This document shows, piece after piece, positions 53,015 through 64,000 of a stretch of 64,000 nt of DNA. Positions within the stretch are counted from its first letter, which is position 1; every line of letters begins with the position of its first letter. Source of the stretch: Podarcis gaigeae (lineage: Eukaryota); NCBI GenBank assembly GCA_964106915.2, contig OZ066914.1, one strand, 5' to 3'. Below the pieces are notes generated by a model that made no database searches, was not told where the DNA came from, and saw nothing but the letters and a program-made list of their open reading frames with translations. The position numbers and the translations under genes were made by a program.

Positions 53015-53158
53015 TTTATTTATATCCCACCCTCCCCAGCCGAAGCCAGGCTCAGGGCGGCTAACAACAATAAAACAGTACAAAAGTACACCACAAACAA
53101 CACTTTAAAATCATTCATTATAAAATTAATGACCCTCGGGGTTCCTTCCAACCCTATG
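52941..53158. mobile_element. SINE/CR1-like 3' end interrupted by an (AAT)n-tailed LINE 3' fragment (52965-53128)
   Basis: cctgcattgcaaggggttggactc [insert] atgaccctcggggttccttccaacc. Confidence 0.65.
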
Positions 53159-53809
53159 GAAATCCAACACACATTTACAGTACATTATTTCCCCCAAGGA
53201 ATCCTGGGAACTGTAGTTCTTTATGGTTGAATTACAGCTCCGTGAAATGGAAACTACAATTCCCAGGATTCTTTAAGGAAAGCCATGTGTGTGGCATGTG
53301 CTTTAAATACATGGTGTACATCTACCCTAAATCATTTCGACACATGTAGGTGATTTGTAAGCAAGTAAATAAATAACCTCCTGGCATGTGGTAAAGCATG
53401 GCTGCCACTTGGGCGGGGGAGGGAGGCTCCAACCATCATCTGCATCTGGCAGCCATGACCAGCAGCTCCACTACTTGGCCAGTCCTGCAGCATCTCACCC
53501 ACGTGGCGAGGCTCTCCTCTTTGGAGCAAGGCAGGGAGAAGGTGGAGACAACAATAGGAAAATGTTGCAGATGACTCCTCCTGCTTTGAGGTATAGCATA
53601 CACACAGTTTTATTGTGCTTTTGCATGGGTCGTATGTTTTGTGTATTGTCTTCAAGGGGGGGATGGGATAGAAAATTACTTATTGCCATTCACTGCCCCT
53701 TTTGTCAGGAACACTGACGCTAAGATTTTTACCTTCTTAGTAAGTTATGTGTCTAGGACACATGCCTTTTTACCATAAGAACTACTGCAAAATTATTAAC
53801 AGTGGTTAC

Positions 53810-54445
53810 AGACTATTCTGCCCATCTGTCTAGTCTGGCTGCTGGCTCCCTTGTTCCCTCCTGGGCAAGGGAAGCCAGGAAACAGGACAGGTTGCAATAG
53901 ACCCCTCCTGCCACCATTCCCCAGCCACTCGTATTCAGAACCATCCTACCTCTGATCCTGAAGACAGGATGTAGCCATCATGACTAGATGCCAATGACAG
54001 CCTTATCCTCCATGAATTTATTTACCGGTAATTCCCTTTTAAAAAACATTAAATCGAGCAGCTATCACTTTGTCTTTTGGTAGTGAATTCCATGGTTTAA
54101 CCATACGCAGTATGAAAAATACTCCACTTTGAGAATGAAGAGTCCCCAAATGCTAGGACCATTCCTTGTAAAGCTTGTATTGGCTGCCCCTTTCCCCAGC
54201 CTTTTCCCACTCTTCTGTATCCTTTTTTGGGCAAGGCAACCAGAACTGCACACTGTATTTTAAAGTGTGGGCACACCACATATTTGTATGAAGATGTTTC
54301 CTTTCGTAACAATGCAAACACAGAATTAATATTTTCACGCTGCTGTCTCAACATTTGCACTGAGCATTTCCTGGTTGGTCAACATCAGCTCAGACCCCAT
54401 CAGCATATAGGATCTTTTTGCCCCAACGTGCATCACTTTACACAT
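53810..54445 (-). mobile_element. CR1 LINE fragment
   Basis: HTLKYSVQFWLPCPKKD resembles the CR1 RT motif HLEYCVQFWxPxxKKD. Confidence 0.7.
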
Positions 54446-54660
54446 AGGTGGTCATTGTTGTGCTTGGAGTGTTGGACTAGGACCTCGGAGACCAGGCTTG
54501 AAAACCCTGCTCAGCCATTAAGCTGACTGGAAGCCACAGCCTCAGAGTCTAACCTACCACACAGGGTTGCTGGGGATAAAATGGGGAGGAATTGATCAGT
54601 ATACACTATCCTGAGCTCCTTAAGTGGAAATATAGGATATAAATGGAATAAATAAATGAA
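54446..54660 (+). mobile_element. tRNA/core-type SINE with L2-like tail
   Basis: gtgttggactaggacct.ggagaccagg...cctaccacacagggttg...aataaataaa. Confidence 0.55.
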
Positions 54661-55328
54661 CTGCATTTGCCATTTTAATGCCTATTCAGCCAGTTCCACT
54701 GGGAATCCCATTCTGTTTCTATTGACCTGAATAATTTGATGGTCTCAGAAAATATCCATCATTGTAGGAAACATTGCTGTACACACCAGACATGTGCATA
54801 TACATATCTGGGAACCCAGCAAGAGAAATGAAATGCATACATGTGTCCTTACATAGGGTTGTGCACAGAGTGTAGGAGAAAGACCTAAATCAGGTATTAA
54901 ACCACATGACCACATCCTAACAGATTCTCCAAAAACAGCAATTAGCCATTGCCCCTTATCTTGTTGTTTTTCTAAAAAATAATATTTCCAATCTTCCAAG
55001 CACAGAAAAGGGGGCGGGGGAAGGACTATTTAACTTAGGTACAGAAGCATAGTTCAGGGTCAGACCATGTTTTGTGTCCAAAAGATCTAAAGTTCAGTCT
55101 CTGGTAGCTCCAACCAAAAAGGTCTTAAGATTGCAGAGTTGGGGAAATCCTTGGCTAGTCACTTCCAGTCAAAGTACTGAGCCAGTGTAGTGCAAGGGAG
55201 ACCAAAGGACACTGTAGAGAAGTTTGTGAGACAACATGCTTCTTCCTCACAGAAAGCTAAATCCACCATGGACAGCAGCCTGCAGCCACCAACCCCATTT
55301 CGCCTCGTGAGTATGGTATTGTCCTTAC

Positions 55329-55500
55329 CTGTCCCAACCAGTGAGGCACTGCTTGCTGGCTGATGGTAGCAAGCAGAACTAGATGTCCAAAAGGAACGAA
55401 CCATTCATTTATTTAAAGAACTGAAGTTGGGAACTTGACGGACGAATGCAGAAAGCTGAAGTCTAGCAGCATGTAACCTAGCAACCAGCACCTAGCAACT
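55329..55500 (-). promoter_or_regulatory. PPP1R32: Putative PPP1R32 promoter and non-coding first exon
   Basis: Tandem X-boxes GTAACCTAGCAAC (55473-55485) and CACCTAGCAAC (55489-55499); local CpGs; minus-strand donor AG|GTAAGG at 55329/55328. Confidence 0.6.
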
Positions 55501-57072
55501 AGCTCGACAACATTGCTCTCCTTCCAATGGCCTTATAGTTCAGAGGGTATTGGGAGCAACTGCAGGGGCCCTGGGCACACATGCCCAATACGTAGATGAA
55601 ATGGTTCTGATTATTTGGATTCCTAAATATAGCCCTTGAGGGGTTGAGGTCTGTGTGTTTCCTGAGCCATTGTCCCATTGTATTCAAGTTGAGCTACTAG
55701 ATAGGAGCTGGGGAGGTATGCAGCAGTTGAACAAGGTAGAGTCACCAAAATCAGTGCTGCCACCGCTCCCAGGTCCGTAAAACACAGAACAGTACCAAGT
55801 GGGCAGAAAGGAACATGCGTAAGGCTGTGTGCCTACTAAATGTCTGCAGTTAAAGCTGTGCAGTGTAATTCAAGTGTAACTTTAGATGTCCAGCACACAA
55901 CTCTTGAGAATTTAAGCCTTCGCCACCATTATCCACCTCCAAATGTTCTGCATTTGTATCTGCGAAATAATATTGAAATGTTATTGTAAAGTCTTATCAA
56001 TATGAGTTGCGGGTTTCAGATAGCTCAGTTTTGGTGCTGTAGGATTCTGTTGCTTACCTAGGACTAAAATAAGTGTATTTGTGTTATATTTTACTCATGT
56101 CATTGAATGTGGCATTGCTTGACACAGAATCTCTGCAATCTGAACTCTGACACGGAAGAAAAATCTCTGAGCGTACAAAATTAAAAATATGTAAGTTACA
56201 CATCACTTTTGATCAAGCCTGCATGTGAATATTTAGTATTGAGGAAACATCATCAACATGCTTATAATGACACCATGTGGTAGTTTAAAGGTAATGCCAT
56301 AGACTAGATGGCTGCAAAGAAACATGTAACCTTAAGCAAGACTTTTAACGTTCTGTGTGATAAGGGGAGGGGGGGGGGAACCAACTCTAGGAGGGCCAAG
56401 CTGTATTTCAAATTGTCACACAGCTAGCAAGTTTTAATTGGATTTTTTAATTTTAAAAAGTACATTACATAAAACATGTTCTGCAGAAACCCCTGGGTGT
56501 CTGAAAGTGTTACTTATATGATTATTGAAGAAGTCACTGCTGGCCAGAAGAAAAAGTATTTATGTATCCTAGAACAATTTCAAACACCTGTATTGAAAAT
56601 ACCTGACTCCCAGCAATTGACTGAAAAGTGGAAAAGAGCCTAAGAGGGTTAGACACAAGCCACACAGTACTGTTTTCTTCTTTTTGCACCATCAACTTCT
56701 AAAAATAGAATAGCTAAAGTTCATTCAGCTACGAATGCTAGCAGTTGATTGGGTGAAAAAAGGAAATACAAGCAGACTGAATAAACAGTGTATGTTTATG
56801 AAAATTTATGAACAGAGACATAGGCTGATTTATTTGCTTTTTTAAGTATTTCACATAAAATTTTCAAATGGAAGGGTGATCCCCTTTGGAATAAGGAATT
56901 TGTAGTGAAGAATCTTGTTTTGTCAGCAAATGGCACACATTTTTGTGTTCTGGGAAATAATGTTCTTGTAAGTTAAATTCTACTTTCAGCTTCTAATTTT
57001 TTGTTCTCATTTTGTCTATGTTGAGAACTGCCCTGTGACCTTTGAATGAAAGGCAGTATAAAAATGTAATAA

Positions 57073-57260
57073 ATCATAGAATTGGAAGGGGTCCAACCCC
57101 CTGCAATGCAAAAATCTCAGCTAAAGCATCCATGACAGATGGCCATCCAATCTCTGTTTAAAAACCTCCAAGGAAGGAGAGCCCACCACCTTTCACGGGA
57201 GTCTGTTTCACTGCCGAACAGCTCTTACTGCCAGAAAGTTTTTTCGAATATTTAGTTGGA
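57073..57260 (-). mobile_element. CR1 LINE 3' end
   Basis: LNIRKNFLAVRAVRQ and the ccttccaattctatgat tail. Confidence 0.85.
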
Positions 57261-58734
57261 GATATTCATTGTTTAACAGTATATTGTGTACTTCTATATT
57301 AAACTTTGCTTGGTATAGCAAGTGGGTGGGAATTATTCTACATCTGAGGGTGGGGGGGAGACAGTGTGAGCATTCACTAACTGCCAAACACATCAAATTA
57401 CAACAACTACAAAGGACAGACAGCATCCATTTAATGCTGCAGCTACCACTATATCAAACGGTAGCAAATGAAGGAAGAGGAGTGAAATGAATAGACACAG
57501 ACTATAAAGGATAGGGTCAGCAGGGGGGGGAATTATAACCATGTGCCACTGGTTTTTACTGACAAGTGCCAGCTAAAACCTTGAGTCCCAAGTTGGATTA
57601 AGGTAGCTGGGGACCCTGGCACAATTCCCAACATACGACTTTCTCCCCCCCACAAAAAAACACATAAGGTACCACAGAATAGGAGCTGCCGTCCATTCTA
57701 TGCAGGAATTAGGCCCCTCTGTGCATCCACTGTCACTGAGTAGCAGTAATTACATCTGCCTGTTGCCAATGATGGAAGAGAAGGAATGCAGGGCCACTCC
57801 ACTGGGACAGCTGAGAGATCAGTAACTTTTGGCACCTCCTTTCCTTGCATTTTCCCATCCCAGCTGGTCATTAAAGCAACTTGAAAGCATGGATTTGAAC
57901 CAGAGTTTGCCTATTTCCTCCTGGCTCCCTCCATTTCTTTTTGTGTCATTTATTTTTAGATTGTAAGGCTGAGGGCATATATAGCGATTTTAATGATTTG
58001 TAAGCTGCTCTGCGAGCCTTTTTTAGCTGAAGAGTGGGATTTAAAAAATCTTTAAATAAATAAGAAACACACACACACACTGCCAAGGACATACACGAGG
58101 GCAATATGCAAGGACCAAATCTTCCATATGCAGCTTGTTAATGTTGGCCTCATTGATCTACTGAAGATGTACTAACAAACAGCACCAATATGCACAAGTT
58201 CTGGTGGAGCCTTCAACTGATGTCTCAAAATTCCTGCAAAAATACTTGTGGCTAAGAATAAGAATAAAGTCTTCCAGGCTAGGGACACAGGGGTTGTAGC
58301 AATTGGACAAAGGCAGTAGCAAATAAACCTATCAAGCAGAATGGAAAGAAAGTGATGGGCACATCCACCAGTTCATAGGCTGACACAGCTGAAAACTGGT
58401 AAGTATATCCAGAACTGCACTTGTGGGGAGGCCTGAGGCAACCCCATTGCTGTCATGTGACTGCATGGAGTCAGATCACTGCACCAACTCCAGCAATTGG
58501 CTTCAGGAATGTACCCTCAGCATCTAAGATGTCCAGTAATGAATTACTTATATGGGGTTGCAATCCATTCATTATTGAAAATACACTTATAGCATAAAGA
58601 GTACTATAGACTTCCACAAATCTACGATTCTCAATCATTTGTTCACCTTTTGGCCAGAATCATACAATACAAAAATCTGCCCAGGAATCCTGGAACTGAG
58701 CAGAATATAAAATAATACTACAGCTGTATAAGAA

Positions 58735-59176
58735 TAATGATAATGATAATTTATTATTTATAACCCACCCATCTGGCTGGGTTTCCCCAGCCACTCTGGG
58801 CGGCTTCCAACAGAATATTAAAAACAATACAGTGTCAGACATTAAAAACGTCCCTAAACAGGGCCGCCTTCAGTTGTCTTTTAAAAGTAAAATAGTTGTT
58901 TATTGCCTTGACATCAGCTGGGAGGGTCGTACTTTGGAAGTCGAACAGAATCTGTTCCGGAAGTCCATCCAACTTATGAAACGTTCAACTTCCAAAGCGC
59001 GGCTTCTGATTGGCTTCAGAAAGCTTCTGCAGCCAATCGGAAGCCGCAGAAGCCCCATCAGATGTTTGGCTTCCTAAAGAACATTCGAAAACCAGAACAC
59101 TCACTTTCAGTTTTCAATCGTTCAGGAGCCGACACGTTCGACTCTCAAGGCATTCAGGAGTTGAGGTACAACTGTG
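58735..59176. mobile_element. L2 3' fragment (58735-58926) abutting a Tc1/pogo-type MITE (58927-59176)
   Basis: Shared L2 terminus; gtcgtactttggaag...gaggtacaactg ends. Confidence 0.65.
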
Positions 59177-59584
59177 ATTTCTTATGTATAATTTAACAAC
59201 CATGTGCATTTCTCAATGAACCAGAACACACAACAATGCCTTTTGTTTTTATCAATCACCCTGCAGTCCTATACCAGTGGGATTGCTGAAGTGCATTCTG
59301 AGTCAGAAAAGGTACTCTGTTAACACTTCTATACCTGTCTTGTCATAAGTGTTGCAATGAATTTAATGGGAGCTATAACCAAGTATCTAAAGGACCACAC
59401 ATCCTTTTTGGGGGGCAATTAGTCTTCAAGAAAAAAAGCACTGAAGCTTTATTACAGATAAGTAAAGCATGGAAAACAACGACCATTCACAAGAGTGGGA
59501 CTCAAGAGGCCTGAATACCACAGTGTGTGCTTCTAGGTTTCAAATGATGTCCAGACTGTATGGCCTTCTCCAGAAACCACAAGA

Positions 59585-59715
59585 TCAGTGTGAAGCTTCA
59601 ACAAGATACTCAAGATCTGGTTGTTGCAGTCTCTTTTCTCTGTTCTTGTTTTTGGTAAACTCTCTAAGCATCTCCATGACTTCATTTTCAAAGATTTCTG
59701 GAGCAGGCTTTGCTT
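59585..59715 (-). CDS. SDHAF2: SDH assembly factor 2, exon 4
   Basis: [43 protein letters not shown]; minus-strand AATAAA at 59448-59453. Confidence 0.96.
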
Positions 59716-60662
59716 CTTTGGGGAGAAAAAAAGGAAGAAGTGAAACAACAGTATAAGCTCTGCTACCAATGTCTGACGATTCTGTACACTGAGGTGTCCA
59801 CCAGATGTTGGATTCCAACTCATCAGTGCCAGCCAACAAAGATAAGAGTTATAGTCCAGCAAAATCTGGATGAAATCACATTGGCTACCCCTGCTCAGAA
59901 CTAGAGAGTCTACAGATCTAGTAGGTTTTCCAAGATCATTTTGTCACTGGACTTAAAATTATTTGTCAAGCCCCATTTCAAAGACATCCCAGTTAGTGTG
60001 TTAAGTACAGAAAAGGAAACAAAATGGAATGCTTGCTTTGCAAACAAACGAAAGACATTTTTTATGTGTCAGGGAGCAAGAATGTTTTTGGAACTTCTTG
60101 TAAAATGGCAGTGAGAAGTCTCAGCCCGTGGACCTAATTAGGCTGGTGCAGGTCGCATGAGGCTGTTGCCCACAACCCACAAGACATCATAAGTGAAATG
60201 GGGCAGGTATGAGCAAGAAAAGAACAATCAGGAGTTTAAGTGAGTTCTCAATTATTTCTTTGAAAGAAGGGTTCTCTGTCAGCACCAATCAGCTGATTAA
60301 TGCAGACAGGGAGCCCTGCTGGGATTCAGTGGCACTCCAAACAGAGCATTTTCCTCTTTGTAGAGAAAAAACAACTAGCTGTTTGGAGCAAACACTTTGA
60401 ATCCTAATTGCTACCTCCAAATGGACTTCAAAGGTTCCCTGTAATGCTCGTCAGCTAATTGGTGCTGAAAGTGCATCTTCAAAGAAGATTGTTGTATAGT
60501 AACCCAGTTGAATGTTGATAGGTGTCATTTGATGTATTAAGCCATCAGGTGACTGACAGTTGGGTGGTCCCATGCATCTGTCAAAGTTGGCCCATGGGAA
60601 GCAGAGTATTAGCCTACTAGCCAGATCCAGTTCTCCACCGCTGCCATAAAATATATAATATA

Positions 60663-60891
60663 CAGTGGTACCTTGGGTTACAGACGCTTCAGGTTACAAA
60701 CGCTGCTAACCCAGAAAAAGTATCTCGGGTTAAGAACTTTGCTTCAGGATGAGAACAGAAATCGCGCAGCAACGGCACAGCAGCAGCAGCAGGAGGCCCC
60801 ATTAGCTAAAGTGGTGCTTCAGGTTAAGAACAGTTTCAGGTTAAAAACGGACCTCCAGAACGAATTAAGTTATTCACCTGAGGTACCACTA
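60663..60891. mobile_element. Tc1/mariner-pogo-type MITE
   Basis: TA-flanked CAGTGGTACCTTGGGTT / CCTGAGGTACCACT TIRs; same family as 9025-9242, opposite orientation. Confidence 0.85.
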
Positions 60892-61119
60892 TATTATCAT
60901 TAACTATACAGCAGTTCTGCAACCTAAAACTATACTTGTTAAGGAGGATGTTAAGTTCTACTAAATTCAAAAAGGGCTTACTGCAAATAAAAATACATAT
61001 GTTTTAAAGGTAGAGTATACATTAGTTATACTCTTGATCAGCCTGACTGCTAGAGTTGGAATGTTTATATGGTGAACATGACAATTTTTAGACCCTGCTC
61101 ATAGCTAAAACTGTATTTC

Positions 61120-61350
61120 AGGTTGTCAGAGGGCAGCAACACGAGAACAAGCATTTTCTGTGACGGCTCCCCACTTGTGGAATGTTCTCCCCAAAGGGGC
61201 TTGCCTGATGTCTTCATTTACATATCTTTAGGCATCAGGTAAAAACATTCCCGTTCTCCCAGGTCTTTGGCCTTTTTAACTGTGTGCAGGGGGGTTATTG
61301 TTTTTGTTTGTTACTATGTTGTATATTTTTAAGTTTTTATATTGTGAAAT
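61120..61350 (+). mobile_element. L2 3' remnant
   Basis: gcattttctgtgacggctccccacttgtggaatgttctccc is a typical L2 ORF2 end. Confidence 0.6.
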
Positions 61351-61427
61351 GCCCAGCATAAGACACGCCCCCCAAGTCACATAAGAGCCAATAGCAAGTG
61401 ACCCCAAAATACAGTGTTTTGCTTTAC

Positions 61428-61537
61428 CTGTTGCCCAGTAGTAGATATCCCAATCATTGCTGGGCTCATTAATCAGGCGATCATAAAGATCCAGCTGTTG
61501 CTCATTCATTCGATTCAGATTCTCTTTGGCAAAGAAA
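61428..61537 (-). CDS. SDHAF2: SDH assembly factor 2, exon 3
   Basis: [36 protein letters not shown]; tag/gtaaag boundaries. Confidence 0.97.
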
Positions 61538-62216
61538 CTATGGAAACAATAAAACAGCATACTGGGAAAACCAGATGAGGTAGAAAAAAATGCCACAATG
61601 TAATAAATATACTACATTCTGGCTATGCAAGTGTCAGAAATTTCTGCACACCCATTCAGACAAACAAAAGGCATTATTACAGTTCAAGGTCCAGGCAAAA
61701 GCAATGAGGAGCAGGGCTACTGAGGGGTGTGGCCTTTGGAGAAGAGTCCCAGAAGCTGGATAGAGGGGCTCAGAGGGGAGACCACATTCAGCCCCAGGTT
61801 CCCTCTACCAGTTCAAGATAAACCAATGTCTGACTATACCCTTGATAACCAAGAGAAAACAGAATGGACAATCTTCTCCTTTTTCCTCTATAAGCTGATT
61901 TTCAATATTTCATAACAATGCTTCCTAGCGCTGTCCTTGGATAAGGGTACTTCCAAGTGCAAAGAGAGAGCAACATTTCTTTTTTCAAAAATGTAGGTTT
62001 CTAAAATGATGCACAATATGGAGAAAGTAGACAACAATGATTTTGTACTCACTGTTTTTCAGCTAAATTTCCAGTTGCATTTTATCAGTTTAAACTGCCC
62101 AGAGAACATACGGTAGTTTCATCATTCTTATCTCTGTTTTATATACATTATAAAATGAAATAGCAATTATAATATTAATATTAAATGTTTTAATATTTAA
62201 AGACTCGATTCTTAAT

Positions 62217-62260
62217 ATGGTTACCAGGAAACAAGTCCATGGTTACCAGGAAACAAGTCC
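62217..62260. repeat. Perfect 22-bp tandem duplication ATGGTTACCAGGAAACAAGTCC x2
   Basis: Direct reading. Confidence 0.95.
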
Positions 62261-62308
62261 AAGCAACGAGGAGGTTTAGGAAAGGCAGAACAGAAGGCGA
62301 CGGCTCAC

Positions 62309-62514
62309 CTGAGCAGGAGGCAGTTCTCCAGCATGCCCCTCTTACGGCTCTCGTACAGCAGCCTCGCGCGCTTCCTCGCCGGGGCTTCGTGGGGCCGGGC
62401 CTGCCAAGGCGGCAGAGGGATCTCCAGCAGATCCCGCCCGGAGTCGGAGGGAGAGTCCCCGCGGTAGCAGCACTTGGACGAGCGGAGGACGCAGGCAGGG
62501 AGCAGAAAGAGGCG
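62309..62514 (-). CDS. SDHAF2: SDH assembly factor 2, exon 2
   Basis: [22 protein letters not shown]...[21 protein letters not shown] (RGxxE motif); cag/gtgagc boundaries. Confidence 0.97.
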
Positions 62515-62853
62515 CTGCGAGACAAACAGGCAGGGAAACGGCGTCAGGCAACCAAGGGCAGCAGCAGCAGCAGCGTCCGACCCACCACTCCGTTACTACG
62601 CGAACGCGCCGGAGCCCCTGCTGGTGCGACGGTTAGGGAGTCGGACTAGGACTCGGGGAGGCCGTGACGCTCAGGGGGCCAGTGACCTTGGGGGCCAGTC
62701 GCTGCCTCTTAATCTCAGCCTAGTCCACCTCGCAGGGTTGGTGTTGTGGGGCCAGGAAGCCTATGCGCTTCACCCTGAGCTCCTTGGAGGCGAAGCGGGG
62801 GACACGAATTCAACAAATGCCTAGGTACATAACGTGCATCTCCCTTTACTCAC

Positions 62854-62874
62854 GCGAACGCTCAGAGCCGCCAT
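62854..62874 (-). CDS. SDHAF2: SDH assembly factor 2, exon 1 (MAALSVR)
   Basis: aggATGG Kozak context; gtgagt donor in phase 0, compatible with exon 2; start of a mitochondrial targeting peptide. Confidence 0.85.
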
Positions 62875-62879
62875 CCTGG

Positions 62880-63250
62880 TTTCCTCCGCAGCCGCTCTAC
62901 CCTTCGTGGCCCACCATAGACACAGAGGCCGCTACGGAAGCCTCTCAGTTTCTCCACAACGCATGCGCCCTAAAGCCACTTCTCGGCCTCCCACGCCCGC
63001 TTCGGAAAAGCCGCCTACAGAGAGGGGCCTTTTCTGTTTTTGTTTACTCCTGCGAGAGGCGGCACAGCAACAGGCCGGAAGGGGCGGGCCTTGCGGAAGG
63101 GGCGGGTCTCGGCAGGGAGGAAGGGGCGGGGCAACGGGAGGAGGCGCTGGCTGTAGCGGTGAGAGGAGGAGGGGAGGAGGCGGCCGAGGACGAGGGGGGG
63201 TGGGGGTTCGCGCGCGCGTTTTGGGCCTGCCTGGGATTGCTAGGCCTTGA
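62880..63250. promoter_or_regulatory. Bidirectional CpG-island promoter of SDHAF2/CPSF7
   Basis: Head-to-head genes; NRF1-like CGCATGCGC 62960-62968; ETS CCGGAAG 63075-63081; three GGGCGG boxes; YY1-like GATGGCGGC over the SDHAF2 ATG. Confidence 0.85.
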
Positions 63251-63722
63251 GCAGTATAACGGGCCCCGAGCGGCGCCGGGGAGGCGTCGGAGCTTCGTGG
63301 CCGGGGTGAGCGCGGGGGAAGTGGGCAGCGGCGGCGGCGTGTCTCCGTCGCAGCGCGGGAAAAAGGAGGCGATGGCGGGCGCGAGCGTCCAGGCGCGCGC
63401 AGCTATGGCGGCCCGCGGAGGAGGGGAAGCGGGGAGGGAGGCGGGGGCGGCCCGGCTCTCGGGTTCTCCGCTGCCGGCGGAAGGTCCCGTCGTCCGAGTG
63501 GCACTGAGGCGGCGAGGGGGGCGGGGCCGCCTGCGCGGGATCCTCGGCGGAGCGGGGCTGCGCGGGAACGGGCCTGGGCTCTGCCGGCGGCGGCGGCCGC
63601 GTGAGGCGGCGATCTCACTAACCTGCGTCTCCTTCCCCCTTCTCTTTGCTCTGTGACCCCCGCAGTGCGGCTCTTTCTTCTCCCCCCACCCCCGGTTCTC
63701 TCGGCGGCTCCCCTGGAGAAAT

Positions 63723-63776
63723 ATGTCGGAAGGAGTGGACCTCATCGACATCTACGCCGACGAAGAGTTTAACCAG
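63723..63776 (+). CDS. CPSF7: CPSF7 (CFIm59) first coding exon
   Basis: MSEGVDLIDIYADEEFNQ followed by gtgagc donor. Exon begins 63666 after branch point CACTAAC (63616-63622) and a pyrimidine tract. Putative exon 1 donor at 63306. Confidence 0.95.
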
Positions 63777-64000
63777 GTGAGCGCGGCTGCGGACCCCGCT
63801 GGGTGGGCGTAAGGGCTGCGCCACCGTCTCGGCGGGATGTGGAAGGGCGGCAGGTGAGCGCTAGAAGAAGAGGCGAACTCTCCACGAGCCCCGAAACTTC
63901 GGCCCGTGCTGAGGTCTCAAAAGAGAGGTTTGTCCTCAGGTGCGTTGTTAGGCTGCTGGAGCATCCTTTCCTTTCACGGTAGAAATACGAAAATCTCTGT

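Noticed and set aside
62763-63751. Long ORFs on both strands (297 aa, 235 aa)
   Set aside because: Low-complexity G/A/R/P translations expected from a CpG island; they span a promoter and an intron.

Overview
Vertebrate genomic DNA, most likely a squamate and probably a lacertid lizard (inferred from the repeat families). It is syntenic with the human 11q12 block SYT7-LRRC10B-PPP1R32(SAXO4)-SDHAF2-CPSF7. From sequence I could build: the last coding exon of SYT7 (+), single-exon LRRC10B (-), a phase-consistent PPP1R32/SAXO4 model (-, 12 coding exons, ~427 aa), 4-exon SDHAF2 (-, 155 aa) and the first coding exon of CPSF7 (+), which shares a bidirectional CpG-island promoter with SDHAF2. The remainder is intronic, UTR or intergenic DNA with L2, CR1, L1/Tx1, Copia, Penelope, SINE, hAT-MITE and Tc1/pogo-MITE remnants. 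I found no clearly new gene family. The best leads are regulatory: tandem RFX X-boxes at two ciliary genes; an LRRC10B uORF whose stop overlaps the first AUG and may select a myristoylated form; a duplicated piece of LRRC10B CDS downstream of the gene; an in-frame SDHAF2-PPP1R32 read-through junction; a splice donor directly after the PPP1R32 stop; a non-canonical REST site after SYT7; and a very young L1-like insertion. Orthology calls rest on recalled protein sequences, not on a database search.
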